This document shows positions 1-14,645 of a stretch of 64,000 bases of DNA, one piece after another. Under the pieces are notes generated by a model. It saw only the letters and a program-made list of their open reading frames with translations. It made no database searches and had not been told where the DNA came from. A program made the translations under genes and the position numbers. The stretch is from the NCBI RefSeq assembly GCF_036321535.1, contig NC_087447.1, positions 36,892,001 to 36,956,000 on the forward strand. The letters are read 5' to 3'. The stretch's first letter is position 1; the number at the start of each line of letters is the position of its first letter. This DNA is from Camelus dromedarius. Its lineage: Eukaryota.

Positions 1-2694
1 TTATAAAGTGAACAAAGGCATTCTAATATGCTTAAACAGTAATAAAGTCTAAAGCACTTTACTAAAATTCTCTGCAAGGAAGCTTACTAAATAGCATAAA
101 AACAAACCTGGGGGTTTTAACATCTATTGTAATTGGTTTTTGCCATCAATTACTCTTAAGCATTTGATAGAACACCCTTCCTTGGGAGGAAAGGTAGGAT
201 GTCTGTGTCAAAACCCAAATGATTCAAGGATAGAAATGTTGAGGGATTGGCTAATTTAAGGACTGACTAAGAATTCCTCAGATACAAATCAGTCAAATCT
301 AGTATTACCAAAGGTTTTTGGAGACCTGAGTGGAATAAAATTGTGTTATTCAGATTGTTAAAAATTGATTTTTCTGGAGTAAAATTTTTAGAGTAAGCTG
401 TATTCTGTGAAATTAGCATCCATGTTGAGGACAGGATTATATTTTGTCGGAGAGTATCTGTCAGTAAAGTGGTTCAGTCCTTCTCAGATCTCTGTAACTA
501 GTTTCTAACTTTCTTCATCTTGACTATTTTTGTTGGTGTAAACTAAATTTACCTGCTTATCCTAAATCTGAGTTATCATCCCTACGCCAGTCTTGGAAAA
601 CTTTTAAATGAATTATATGTGGAAACTCTCTATTAACTTCTGTTTTTAAATATAAAATTCTCCACATTTCAAAATTAGGTTATGGGCCTTATTTTCTACT
701 AGAGATAGGCATCAACATAGTTAACATGTTACTTACCTAATTTTGTTAAGACAATAATGTTGTTTTCCATGGGGAAAGATAATGTTTTTCATTATATAGT
801 CAGTGAAGCTGGACCAGTTTTTAAAAAGTCTTTTCACACAGTATCAATGAGATTGAAGTGTGTAACTAAAAAGAATATAGAAATATAGAATATAGATATT
901 GTGCAGCAGTAAATTACTCCACTGAACAGCATATGTGCAGCATGGAGTAGTGTCTTGGGGTAGCAAAGCTGTATTTGATTGTGTTGGCTAAAACCTGTTG
1001 GTTAGGACTGGAAGTGGATTTAAGACACGTAGGATGATTTTTAATCACAAGCAAGGCTGGTTAAAAAAGGTATTATCTGGTGACCCCTAAGGTACGCCAG
1101 ATAATTTTAACTAGAACTCTTAAGTTCTTAAATGCCTTAGCTAATCTAGGTTTCCTTGTATATAAAAATTAAAATGGATTAAAATTATATATTTATACAC
1201 TACTAGTAGAGACATTACATCCTTAGGGGATTTAATCTATGCAGTGTTCTTGTCATTCACATGAATTGGGGGAGGACTGGATAAGGAATTGACTGGAGTC
1301 TGGATAAGGAAAACCTTTTTTGCCCCAAACTGAGCTATGAAAATTTCACTTGAAGTACATGTAAGACAATGACTAAATGTATAAAGGAGCAGCTTTGTCA
1401 CATATGAAAGCCTTGAAATAATGGAGTATAGAGTTATAGTTTGGTTCTCTAAGCAAGAAGAAGAGCAAGTGCTACCTTGGTCTTTATAAATCACAAAATA
1501 AATGGCTCTCTTTTTGCTCTTTTTTCACATTCCCATAACCTGAAATGATTCCATAGTGTTTGTGCCTCCAGCTGATTGCATAGTGGTCTTCCCTTCCAGA
1601 AAGCACTTCGAGGTTCACTGTTAAAGTTGGCTGTTTCTGATTCCATATTAGTACATTCTAAACAAATATATTTAGGGCTATTGACCTTCTCTGCTTCAGA
1701 TAATTCGACGCATTTTTCTGGGCATTTCAGGGTCCCTGTGTGTAGTGAACACTAAGTGAGCTCTCCCACCCTGGTGGGTTGCTGGGGAGGCACGTTGCCT
1801 ACAGGGATTGTGCAGTTTCGGGGTAACATCTATCAGAATGATCTCTGTAGAAATTCTTTTATTGAGTTTTAAATCCCCAATTAAAAACTTTTTTTTCTTG
1901 CTGGCTTTCTAATTAGAGACATCTTTTTAGAAAGGAACTCATCAGGGCCCCGAATGTAAACCACAGAATTCTGATTGCTTTGCTCTTTCATGTCATGATG
2001 CTGAGAAACAGAGCTGTCCAGAGTAGAATAAATACAATTGAGCATCTATGTTTGAGAAAATTGAAAGATTAAGCCCCTTTTGTAGCTGCCAATGTGTATA
2101 TCAGGTCAAGATTGAACTGATTATAAAATAAAAACCCTGGATAGCCTCCTTCATGTGCCAGAGATGATGCATCTGACCCCTGGACTTTGTATAGTTGGGA
2201 TTTTTTTAATGATTGCTGCTGAAGCAGCACCCTTGAAGTTTCCCAGGAGATCCTCAGAGTAGGATCTCTGCCTGTCCCTGACTCTTCCACTCACTTATTA
2301 GTTATTATATGGTAAGAGCTAAAGTTTATTAAACAGTCACATTGTGCCAAACGCTCTGTTCAATATTTTATATGGATTATTTTATTTAATTCTTACTGGA
2401 ACATGTCACTTAACCTTGACTGAGCCTTATGTTTTTGTTATCTAAAAAAACGTATGTCTCCTGCTCAGTGTGAATGTAAAGATTAAATTTGTTAAAATAT
2501 ATGAAAATTCTTTGAAAATTCTAAAGCACTACATTTGGGGATAAAGTCTGACCATGAAACTGAGTAAATTTAATTACATTAATATTTATCCTTATCCATT
2601 AGAAATATGGTCCGAAAACTGAGTTGACTGATATACTGCCTCTGCCTGATGACTAAAAGCATTTTTATTTTATGAGTATACCTAATGCTTCTTT

Positions 2695-5545
2695 AAGAAA
2701 AAAATGAGGTAAAATACACATAACATAATATTTATTATTTTAACCATTTGTAAATGTATAATCCAGTGGCATTAATATATTTGCAATTTTGTGTAACCAT
2801 CACCATTACATGTATCCCAAAATTTTAATCACCTCTAACAAAAATTCTGTGGCCATTAAAAAATAACTCTCCCCATTCCCCTACCCCTAAACCCTATTAA
2901 CCTCTATTCCACTATCTTTCTTTATGAATTTGCCTGTTCTAGTTACTTCATATAAATGGAATCATACAATATTTATCCCTCTGTGTCTGGCTTATTTCAC
3001 TAAGCATAATGTTTTCAAGGTCCATCCGTACTATAGCATATATCAAAAGTCCATACTTTTTTATGGCTGAATAGTATCCCATTGTGTATATATATATCTA
3101 TGTCTGTGCCTGTATATTTGTTTGCTTACCCATTCATCTGTTGTTGGACACTTGAGTTGTTTCCACTTTTTGGCTGTTGTGAATGATGTTGCTGTGAACA
3201 TTGATATACAAATAATCTGTGTCCCTGCTTCCAGTTCTTCTAGATACATATGTAAGAGTAGAATTGTTGGGTCATATGGTAGTCCTATGTTTAACCTTTT
3301 GAGAAACTACCAAACTATTTTCCACGGGGGCTGCACCTTTTACATTCCTACCAGCAATGCAAGAGCATTCCAATTTCTTCATATCCTCATTGATAATTGT
3401 TATTCTCTATATTTAAAAAAAAGTTATAACCATTTTGGTAGATGTGGTAGATGTGAAGTAGTATCTCATTGTGGTTTTGGTTTTGATTTCCCTAATGATT
3501 AATGATTTTTGAACATCTTTTCATGTGGTTATTGGAAATTTGTTTATCTTCCTTAGAAATATGTTTAAGTACTTTGCCTATTTTTGAATTGAGTTGTTTT
3601 TTTAAACTTAATGAATTCCAAGAGTTCCTGTGTATTCTAGATATTAATCCTTTATCAGATTTATGGTTTGCAAGTATTTTCTCTCATTTTGCAGGCTGTC
3701 TTTTCACTTACTTGATAGCATCCTTTGATGCACAGAAGTTTTTAATTTTGATGAAGTCTGATTTATCTATTTTTTTCTTTTGTTGCCTGTGCTTTTGCTG
3801 TCATATCCATGAAATCATTGCCAAATCCAAAGATTTACTCCTATGTTTTCTTCTAAGAGTTTTATAGTTTTAGTACTTAAGTTTAGGTCTTTGATCCATT
3901 CAAGCTCATTTTATATATGGTATAAAGTAAGAGTCCAACTTTATTTCTTTGCATGAGGATAACCAGTTTTTCAAGTAGCATTTGTTGAAAAGATGTCTTT
4001 TCCCCATTGAATAGTCTTAGCACCATTGTCAAAAATCAATTAACCATCTATGTAACAGTTTATTTCTGGGCTCTCTATTCTGTTTTATTAGTCTGTATAT
4101 CTGTTCTTGTGCTAGTATCATACTGTTTTACTTACGCTGGCTTTGTAGTAAATCTGGAAGTCAGGAAGAGTGAGTCTTCCAACTTTATTTTTCTTTTTCA
4201 AGATTGCTTTGGCTACTGGGGCCATGTAATTCCATATAAATTTGAGGATTGACTTCCATTTCTGTGAGAAAGGTTGTTGGAAGTTTGGTAGAGATTTCCC
4301 TAACTCAGTAGATTGCTTTGTTGATCTTAACAATGTTAAGTCTTCCTGTCCATGAACATGGATGCCTTTCTATTTATTTAGGTCTTTTAAAATTTCTTTC
4401 AGAAATGTATTATAGTTTTCAGTGTACACATCTTTTGCCACTTTGGTTAGGTTTATTCCTAAGTATTTGATTCTTTTAGATGCTATTGTAAATAGCATTG
4501 CTTTCTTACTTTCCTTTTGAATTGTTCACTGCTGGGGTATAGAAACACAAGTGATTTTTGTTTGTTACTCTTATACTCTAAAACATTGCTAAATTTGTTT
4601 ATTAGCTCTAGTAGCTTTCCTATGGATTCTTTGGGATTTTCTACACATAGGACCATGTCACATGCAAATACATATAGTTTTACCTATTTTTTACCAACTT
4701 GGATGTCTTTTGTTTGTTGGTTTCTTTTTCCTTCCCTCCTTCATTCCTTCCTTTCTTGTCTAAAAGTGCTAGCTAGAACTTCCAGTACAATGTTGTGTAG
4801 CAGTAGTGAAAGTGGGCGCAATTGTCCCTGATGTTAGGGGAAAAGCTTTCAATCTTCTACCATTGAGTGTGATGTTAGCTGTGAATTTTTAACAATTATC
4901 CTTTATCATTTTGATGAACTTTCCCTCTATTCCTACTTTTCTGAGAATTTTTATTATGTAAAGGTGTTGGATTTTGTCAAATGACATTTCTGCATCACTT
5001 GAGATGATCATGTGGGTTTTTCCCCATTGTTTTCTTAATGCTATGTATTACATTGATTTTTTTTTTTTAAGGTTGAACCACCCTTGCATTCCTGAAATAA
5101 GTCCTACTTTGTCATGGTGAATAATCCTTTTGATATGCTGTTGGATTCAACATGCTAATATTTTATTGAAGATTTTAACATTCACAAAGGATATTAGTCA
5201 TTAATTTTCTTTTCCTGTGATGTCTTTATCAGGCTTTGGTGTCAAGGTAATGTGGGACTCATTACCTCATAGTTAGGAAGTGTTTCCTCTTTAATTTTTT
5301 TTGAAGATTTTGGAAGGATTAATGTTAATTTTTCTTAAATGTTTAGTAGAATTTACTGGTTTAGCCATCTAGTCCAGGACTTTTCTTTATTGGGAGGTTT
5401 TTGATTACTGATCCAATCTCTTTATTTGTTATAGGTTTGTTGATGTTATCTGTTTCTCCTTGAGTCAGTTTAGGCAATTTTTGTGATTCAAGGAATATAT
5501 CCGTTTCTTCTAGACTGTCTAATTTGTTGGTGTACAATTACTACT
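2695..5545 (-). mobile_element. 5'-truncated, decayed LINE-1 (L1MB-like): 3' UTR plus ORF2 3' part
   Basis: Minus-strand ORF2 remnants [34 protein letters not shown] (4118-4333) and MFTATSFTTAKKWKQLKCPTTDEW (3061-3249); L1 3' UTR-like sequence from about 2700; many stops and frameshifts. Confidence 0.92.
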
Positions 5546-5569
5546 TAATACTTCTTTTTTGTTTCTGTT

Positions 5570-5800
5570 AGTGTTTATTGAGCACCATTTATTTGCTGAT
5601 ATGTATATTTGTGTATAAATATATGTATACATATATAAATATATATATTCTCATTTAATTTTTATAACAACTCTAAGATATAAGTGGCATTATATATTTG
5701 TTAAAAGAAAAAAGAAACTAAAATTCAAAGAAGTTAATTAACTTTCCAAGCTTTCCCATCTAAAAATTAGCAGAGATAGAATTCAGACTAAAGGTTTGAA
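5570..5800 (-). mobile_element. MIR SINE relic
   Basis: ctcatttaat...acaactct...gaaactaaaattcaaagaagttaattaactttccaag resembles the reverse MIR core. Confidence 0.6.
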
Positions 5801-7831
5801 TATTTGATATTTTATACTCTTGCAGACATGATCTAAGTTTGAATATATAAAGAAAAGTCTAATTTATTTGTATGTGTATGTAAAAAATATGATTTATATG
5901 TATGGGGTTATCCAAATGACATCTTGTGAAGCTAGCACTAGCCATTTCCAACTCTTCTAGAAAATTTAAAGCAGAGGCATTTAACCACCACTGCTGAAAG
6001 ACTTGGTTAATTAAGTCTATCTACTTGAAATTAAAGCATTTCTGAGGTTCTTGAGATTAGTATTCTCATTTTTTAAATAAGTGTTGAGGTCCAAGTAGAA
6101 AATATATAAGGTCACCTATATAAACTAACCTAGTTTTATGAAGATTTAGATTATTTTAACTGTGCCCTTCTTCATATATGAAGGCTATTTCATTGGTTAG
6201 CTATCATTAATACTTGAACTTTGAGTTGTTATTTTAAGTTAATTTCTAGAATGGGGATAGCTTTATATGATTTCATCATACTCATTTAGTTGCTACTGTA
6301 ATAAATTCCACAATTTTCATATGATTGGCCAAGAGTCTGGATGCATCTATGAAATAAGTGAAGAAATTAAGATTGATCCTTGATTCTTAGCTTCTTTAAA
6401 GGTGTGAAAAACAATGCAGATGCTCTTAGAAAAAGTCCTGAGATCAATACTCTTCTCATCATTGACCTATTCATTGATGAATACAGGAGAAATTTAGCAG
6501 GAGAGAGAAAAGCAAGGTGATCACAGCAATATATATTATGATCCATGCCAATTTTTTTTGTCCACTTGTTCTCAAAACAAATTAAAGTTTTTGTCTTATT
6601 TTTAGGATTCTAAATCTGTTACCCATTGCCTGCTAACTTCTGCTGCAATGTGATATCTCACAAAGATAAAATCAGATTGATTGTGGCAGTCCCTCAGAAT
6701 TAAGAAGAGTTATAATATTTTGCTATTCTGAATACATGCATTCAGGCAAGATGCAATGTGACATGTCCAAGTCTGTATTGGTGGTTGTGATTGAAATATT
6801 TCCATATTGTGGCAAGAATAATGGTAGCTCATAAAAGTGGGGTCTCTCTATAAGTTTGGCAACTCATATAACTTACCATCATCCTGTGATACCACCACAC
6901 AATAATCTGTGAGACTAGGGATGTGTAGTATATTTTTTCTTCTTTTTTTTTGAGGGTGGAAAATGAAGTATGAGACTTTGAGCCAGTCATTGAAGAATCT
7001 TTGAGTCCTGTCTCCTAGTTTAATATATTTTTCTTCTCTGTTCCTCCCAACTTCTCTAGATTTCCTCATAGGTTAATATCTGAAGTTAGTATCTCAGAAG
7101 ACTACAACCATCCCAGTCCCTTGTCTTTCTGAAAAATCAAATTAAATGGACAGAATTTTACCCATGGAATTTTTGACTTTTTAATAAAAGTGATATTTAT
7201 ATCTGAATTACACAAACTAGAAGTATTCTTGTAGGAGGTAGCCTGAGTTTAAATGGGTACTGAGTTCGTGATACAAGCTCCTCCTTCTCCTGTGTTCCTA
7301 AGAAGTTTCGGCTTCATTTCAGTTACTCTGAAAATTAAAAAGCGTACTTTCTCTCATTCAGAAACACTTTCTGTGGAGCTGCTTTGATTCCAAAAGACTG
7401 TTGCTTATTGTGGCAAGTGAAACTAATGGTCAGGCAAAATTTCCATAGATTTTAAATCCTGGTTTTTACTTGTTTTGTAATCTTCGGGTAAAAATTTTCA
7501 TTTCAAAAACCTTGAAGCCTGGGAAGATGGATTTATGGAATGGGCATTATTTCCCAAATTGGCTTTTGGAGGTTGTCTTCTTATATTAGAGGTAGCAAGG
7601 GCCAGATTACAGTGGTGCCTAAAGCCAACCTGTTCTAACAGGCTTCATTTTCCTTTGTACAAATTTAAAAAGAATGGGTCCTCACGCAAGCATTTCAAAT
7701 CCAGAGACAAATTTGAAAAAAATTGCTACAACATGTTGACTGATTCATTGCCAAGTCAGCCACTGAGAACTTTTTCTTGATCGACTCTTACGGAGGAGAC
7801 AATTAAAGGGGAAGGGGGAGGACGTAACTTA

Positions 7832-7857
7832 AAAAACAAAACAAAACAAAACAAAAC
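7832..7857. repeat. (AAAAC)n microsatellite
   Basis: aaaacaaaacaaaacaaaacaaaac read directly. Confidence 0.9.
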
Positions 7858-10145
7858 TCCACAATACTCTAAATCCCTCTCCCTCTTACATCTTCTCTTC
7901 TGCTTTTATTTTTCACCCATATCTTCTCCTTCTCTGGCCTTTTCCTTTTTCTTTCTCTCTTCTGATCATTCTCTGTGATATACTCTGTTGCTCTAATGTA
8001 TTCATTTTTACTTTTGGTATTGATACAATGATATGTTCTGGATAAATAGCTTTCCAAAGATTATATTCAGATATACAGATTCAAACCAGCAGAAAGGTTA
8101 AAAACATTTTAAAAATATGCTTGTCAGCAGTGGAAAGAAAGCTGTTTGTAGCCAGCAGGTGAGCTGGAGAGTACTACAGGGTGTGGTAGAGATAGTAATA
8201 AATTAGCTGGCAAGCCAAAAACTATAAAAAAAAAATCAGCTATTTCATAGCATAGAAGCATGACAGCTATGAAAAAAGGAGTGCCCCAGGGAATTCTTTT
8301 AGAGTTTGATTTTTTTAAAATATGTTTGACATGAAAAATGTTTTAGTACAAATAAAGCAACTGGTATTAAACCTACAGGGAGGGGGGTTATGGTTTGGAG
8401 TTAGTATGAATAATGCATGATATTTAAAGAAAGAACAACTCTAAAATGTTTTGGGAGGCAGTCCATGTTGCTGGTTGGAATGGTGATTTTTTCCTCTATT
8501 TTTGAAGCATCATTAATTCAACATCGCTTTGTGAGTTTTTTTAACCTGATAAGATATCAACCAAAGAAATACTGTTTGACTTAGATTAGGGTATTCTTTC
8601 TTCAGATAATTTAGTTTAAATATCAAGAAGATCACTAGAATTATTTAAGCATAAAGCGACAGTCATTTACTATAAAAAATAATTTGGCCTAGTTATCTTT
8701 TTTAAAAAGCTCATGTAGCACTGCAAACCAAAATCAACCTCATAGAAGGGGAAAAACAAGATCAGATATTTTGAACATTACTCCATAGGAGACCAGCACA
8801 ATATAGTGTGAGTGAATGCATTGTAGCCGCGCTCCATATGCAATCAGAAGCCAATTGTTACTGGACTGTGTACAAGCACACACTGTGCTCAATGGTCTGA
8901 TGAGGTATTATGGATATGATGCAAAGGGGCTGTGTAGATTAGAAGCTAACAATTTGTTAAAAGTGAAAGCAACTTAACATTTACATTGGGCTAGCTGAGT
9001 AGCACTTCATGTGGCAAACAGGATGAATGCCAAGGAACCAGGGTCACCAGGAAGGTTCCAGGTATTAGTGTCCATGCAGAAAAAGAGGTTTTATTGATTT
9101 CTAGTTGACTGCCTTTATTACTGTGATTATTTCTACATTTTTCATTATTATATTCAGCTTTTAGTGTGGAAAAGTTCATGCAAAACAGCATGATTATTAT
9201 AAATGTCAAAAATGTGTGGAGGAACAGCCTATTAAAATATAGCCTAGAGATAGTCTATAACACTGACTTTAAATAAAGTAGCTGAAGCCAAAGTGATACT
9301 CCGTTAAATCACTGATATTGTGTAATTTATCCACAAGTATTAATTTCGATTTCAGTTACCACTATCACAATACATTCCTCATAACTTTCTCTTGGTTCTT
9401 CAGATTGCTCGTGGCACACACAGCCTGTGTTTTTAGGTCACAGAAGGTACTTCAGCCCCCTTGTTTGGGGGTGATCTGGAGTCAGAAACATATTAAGACA
9501 TTGATCGCTGCTGAGCCATGCTCAGTTTCAACCAGACTTTCAATGCATATATCACATATAAAATGTGTGGCTGTTTAATCAAATCATCATTAAAAAAAAA
9601 AGATAAGTGCCTAGTGAGTGTGCATGATTCTGTACTAGGTTCCATGAGAAGTTAGTGCAAAAAAACACGGTTTCCACTCTATTTGGGATACCAGGCGTTT
9701 CACAGAATGTTGGCAGATAAGATTAGCTTCTCTCTTACCCCTATCAAATTAAAGAGGTGGCATTTAAATTTTTTTCCTCTGTTTTTTATAAAATAAAGGT
9801 TAGGTTTATGGACAGTCAATAGCTCTTAATCTTTTTTTGGACTGTAATACTCTGCCTTGCCTACCAGGCCAAAACTTTTTGTTGTTTTAATATAAAAGCC
9901 TTAATGCTTTCTCAGTGAACTGAATGTCAGCCTGGCTTTAAGATATTTTTTCACTCTTAAAAAAATGATGTATTACAAGATTTGTAATGGAGTGAACATG
10001 CTCAAATTGCACATTTAATTTTTTTAACATCACATTCATGTTTTGCCAGTTTGCCTACCAGCTATCTGTTAACAAAAAGTTCCAAGGCAGCACTGCAAGT
10101 CTGTGCCCAACTAAGCCTTTTGTTTCTGCAGATGTTTGGGCTTAG

Positions 10146-10358
<213 letters not shown>

Positions 10359-11735
10359 TGAGCCAGTACTTTAGTGGAAAACTGCTAACCAGCTGTATGC
10401 TAAATAATGGCCTGAATGTTAAATAATTTTTTAAGCATAGCCTAGAAGGATTAACACCTTATATACTTACCATACTGCAAATAGAAGAGAAAACTGTCAG
10501 TTTCAATATTTTTAAAGGAAAAATGACATTATGACTTAGTACTATATACTGTCTACTGGGTGAGTTAATGGCTTTACAATTTTTTTATGGCTAGTTGTTA
10601 TTGGGTATCTTAGCTTTTTCCTTATCAATTCTTCATCCATGTCTCCATTTATGTCCAGATTAGCTCTTACACATAAGCATCAAAACAGAAAACAATGTTG
10701 GATATTTTCCTTCTTGTAGCTTATAGAATAGGGGGTTGTTATTACCAAATTAACTATTTGGTAAAATGTAAACACACTGCTCCTGATTATGTGTATCCTC
10801 ATCTCCATCCTCATCCTCATGCCAGGTCAAAAGTCTGGGTATGGTGTCTGACCAAGTTCTGGATTCGTGTTCTTTACCTATAAAGCTAAGCTTGCAGAGA
10901 AGGTGTTTTGGAAGCTAATGTAAAAAAGTCATTTGCACCTTATCTTCTTCACAGTAAAACGGGGGCTAATAATAAGACTGGGTGATCTTTCTACCCTTCT
11001 AACACTGCCATCTTAATGGAAAATTGACTTGAAATATGAGTGTATATTTTAACAAAAACAAAAAGATAATATGATTAAAGTAATGGTTAAACCTTCAGTA
11101 TTTGAGCATTTAGAAAATATATGATAATAAATTTCAATACAGTGGAAAGTTTAAAGATGGGTTTTTATTCTTATAATTTACTGTGATTATTTTGAATGTT
11201 TCTTAAATGATCTAGGGAATAGCACATAACTAGGCATTTTTACTTCTTCTTTGCTATTCCCTGTGTGATTTGAACATAAAACATGTACAAATATTTTACC
11301 ATGAAAAAGCATCATTTTGAGCATTCTCAATTGAGTCTACAAATAAATAATTTTTGCAATATTTGGAGAAATTTTTGTCATAAGCCTCATCTAGAAAGTC
11401 TTGAAGATGTTATCCATTATGGACTGACTAGTAGAGTTGGATATTTTGCCTAATAGAAGCAGTGCCCTACCTCTCTTCCAAACCTTCACCTTCTCCACTA
11501 CTAACACTGGAATTTACTGCAGTAGGTAAAAATCTAAAAAGAAACCTCACTCATAGTCAACCTAACCTATTTCTCCTTTTTCCATAGCTATGCTATTGAG
11601 TGTCAAGATTCTTGAGTCAGAGGCAGAAATAAGACACTAGTACCATTATTTTATCCTATAACCAAGTTTCTATGAGAGTGTCTGGGTCCTAAACCTACCT
11701 TCAATTCCTTGGTGTGGTCAATACCCTGGATTTAG

Positions 11736-11936
<201 letters not shown>

Positions 11937-12224
11937 TGAATGCTTCCATTGGTGCTTCATTGGGTGGGGGACTGGATTGTTCAGTCATATTCTTGGCTTT
12001 TTTAAAAAGTGGCAAACACTCAACCTAAACACTAATGTGCAGTCTTTCCCTTTTTCTCATTCCTAAGGAGGCTCATTTTTGCTGCTCCTTTTCTTTCAGA
12101 GAAAAAGGCAAATCCCAAACCAACGCCCCTGAATTAGGTTGTTTATTGCTATATATTTAGGCAAATTCTCTACATTGTAAGTGTTGTCAAAACCATCTTT
12201 ATTTCCCTTACTCTTTTTTATGTA

Positions 12225-12420
12225 TAGTGCTGCATAGTATTTAAAAAACACTTAAACATTAAAGAAAAATCTCATTTGACCATATAAAAACCCTGTAGAG
12301 TTGATAAAATATAATTCTACTTTTGTAGAGAAAACAACAAAGGCTCAGAGAGGTCAATTATTTAACCAAGGCTATAAAATATACTTAATGAGTCAGAATT
12401 GTCACTCAGGATGTCTAAAT
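12225..12420 (-). mobile_element. MIR SINE relic
   Basis: tctcatttga...aaccctgtagag...aaggctcagagaggtcaattatttaaccaagg resembles the reverse MIR core. Confidence 0.65.
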
Positions 12421-14372
12421 CTACCTAATTCAGGCTTCCTAATTTAGTTTTCTCTGGCTGAAGTGGGGATGAGTGCCTGGGCCTGACTGTTTGCTTTTTG
12501 CCCCATAAACTTCTATAGTATCCTTTACATATTTACCTTCCAATAAAGCTCTTTGTTATTTTTGTGGGATATTCTTACTACATGGGAGAAGATGGCTCAC
12601 ATGGCTCTTTTGAAAACCAAGCCCTTTTCTGTTATAGGGCCCCAATCTTACTCTCTCCAGTATCAAGCTTAGTTCTTCTCCTGAATCATTAGAGTAGCTC
12701 TCTGGGACTGTCAGATCCTGGCAAGTTGCCAGCTATCTGGAATCACCAAAAAAAATGGAGACAGGTTACCTCACACTGAAACAAACTTTAACTTTCTGAG
12801 TTAGATGTAATACTAAATGTTATGTTCTAACCTTGGATGGGAAACTCAAAACAAGAAAGTAATTCCGTCTAGCAAAGTTGTATATTCAGCTCCTGTTGGC
12901 TCTGCCAGTTCCTATGTATTAAACACTATGTAATCACTAAGGTGTCTCTTTGACATTATCTTCTCTGCTTGCTTTTGAATCTGCATTTTTGGAAAATGAT
13001 ACAGAAAGCTCACTTCTAAGGATAAGGAAGATGACAAGATCAAAGGCCACCTTAGAAGTAGCCTAAGGAAGAGTTCAGAATTGTTGCCTGCCTTCCTCTT
13101 TCCCTTTCCCTTTCCCTTTGATATGAGAAGCATATTGGGGGATCCCCCCAGACATGACAAGGCATATACTGTTAGAGTATCTGTTGTCTTCTCTACCGCC
13201 AGAAGGGAGTTCTTCTCTAATGCTTTCTTTTGGCCGTAGAGAAGGTGGCGTATTTCTGGACATTCTGAAAATCTACTATGCTTAGGATTGCTCAACAGAG
13301 ACATAACTGGACATTAGGAAAAAGCCTTTCCATGTGATGACAGTTAGCAAGCTTACTTACTCAGGATAGTTTGTTGGAAGAATGTGAAAGCAGGTGGCCT
13401 TGGCTCAAATTCAAAACTTCCTCTCCTCTTTGACTTTTATTTTCTCTAGAGGTATTAAGTTCCATCCCATCAACCTTCCCTTAGCCAATTTTCTACCCAA
13501 TCTCTTCTTTTACTGATTTTCCACTTAGGTTGACTTCTCCCCGTGCCACCGTCACAGACCCCTGATGCTATCAAATCTGGCTTCTGTTGGGTTTCTGGAA
13601 CGTGAAGTCATATATGTGAGTGCCAGATCTGTGTAGTGCTGTAGGAGCGCCGATCCAGGAGCACAACATATGCCACATGTCTGTCACTTTAATTAGGCTA
13701 AATACAGAACCTGTGAAGGCGGGGGCCCTCACAGCTTTGCAGTTTAAGTTTGAGCTGGTTTGAGAGTTTCCTAGGTTTTTGTTTATTCTTGCACTGTTCT
13801 CTGGCTTTCACTTTTTGGACTTTTTCCCTGCATGTCAGAAAAACTTTGCTCTGTTTGCTTGTATGGTACACTACTTAGAAAAGATTGACCTTGTTTGAAA
13901 GGCAAGTTTCTCGAATGTTCCTGGTATATGTTTATTGGAATTTCTATGAACAACACAGTAGACACCCATATCTAAGCTGCTGCAGACCCTAACATTTTAA
14001 ATCTTGAGCAAAAGTAGGGAGAAAATTTAATAATACCTTGCTTTATTGATTTTAAAGTCTACTTTCTTTTCTAGCTAGGATATTCTCTACACCTTTGACA
14101 GGCTAAAATGTCACAGCTCTGTAAACAATTATGATCATGATAAATTGTGGATACTAAGCAAGCATTACAACATTGCAGTTACAGTTATACTCTGGAAGCC
14201 TGGAATTTTGCTATCAATTAGAAAAAAGATATTTAAAGTGGAAAGATCTTCCTTCCATTAGTCCAGTTCTTTTTATTTCTTTTCTTTTTTTTTGTTTATG
14301 TCTCCTGTATTATTACCCAGGAACTTTATTGTTTTGCTTCTCAGATTTAAAACTATAATCTCCTAGAATTAA

Positions 14373-14543
14373 TTTTTTTATCGAAGTATTGTTGATTTAC
14401 AATATTGTGTTAGTTTCAGAGGTACAGCAAAGTGATTCACTTATATATATATTTTTTCAGGTTATTTTCCATGATAGATTATTACAAGATATTGAATATG
14501 ATTTCCTGTGCTATGCAGTAAATCCTTGTTGATTATCTATTTT
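14373..14543 (-). mobile_element. Short L1 3' end of artiodactyl type (L1_Art-like)
   Basis: tcgaagtattgttgatttacaatattgtgttagtttcagaggtacagcaaagtgattc...tattacaagatattgaata...tgtgctatgcagtaaatccttgttg resembles the reverse 3' terminus of cetartiodactyl L1. Confidence 0.8.
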
Positions 14544-14614
14544 CTTTTCTTTCTTTCTTTAAAATAAGAAAGACGCAAGAAAGATTTTTCTTTTTCCTTT
14601 TTTCTTTCTTTTCT

Positions 14615-14644
<30 letters not shown>
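14544..14644. repeat. T/C-rich low-complexity tract
   Basis: Runs of ttttc and poly-T read directly. Confidence 0.8.

Positions 14645-14645
<1 letters not shown>

Noticed and set aside
3061..4831. Several 60-126 aa ORFs
   Set aside because: They are fragments or antisense readings of a decayed L1 ORF2, not genes.
12912..13304. 130-aa minus-strand ORF
   Set aside because: No recognisable homology; partly driven by a (tttccc)n repeat.
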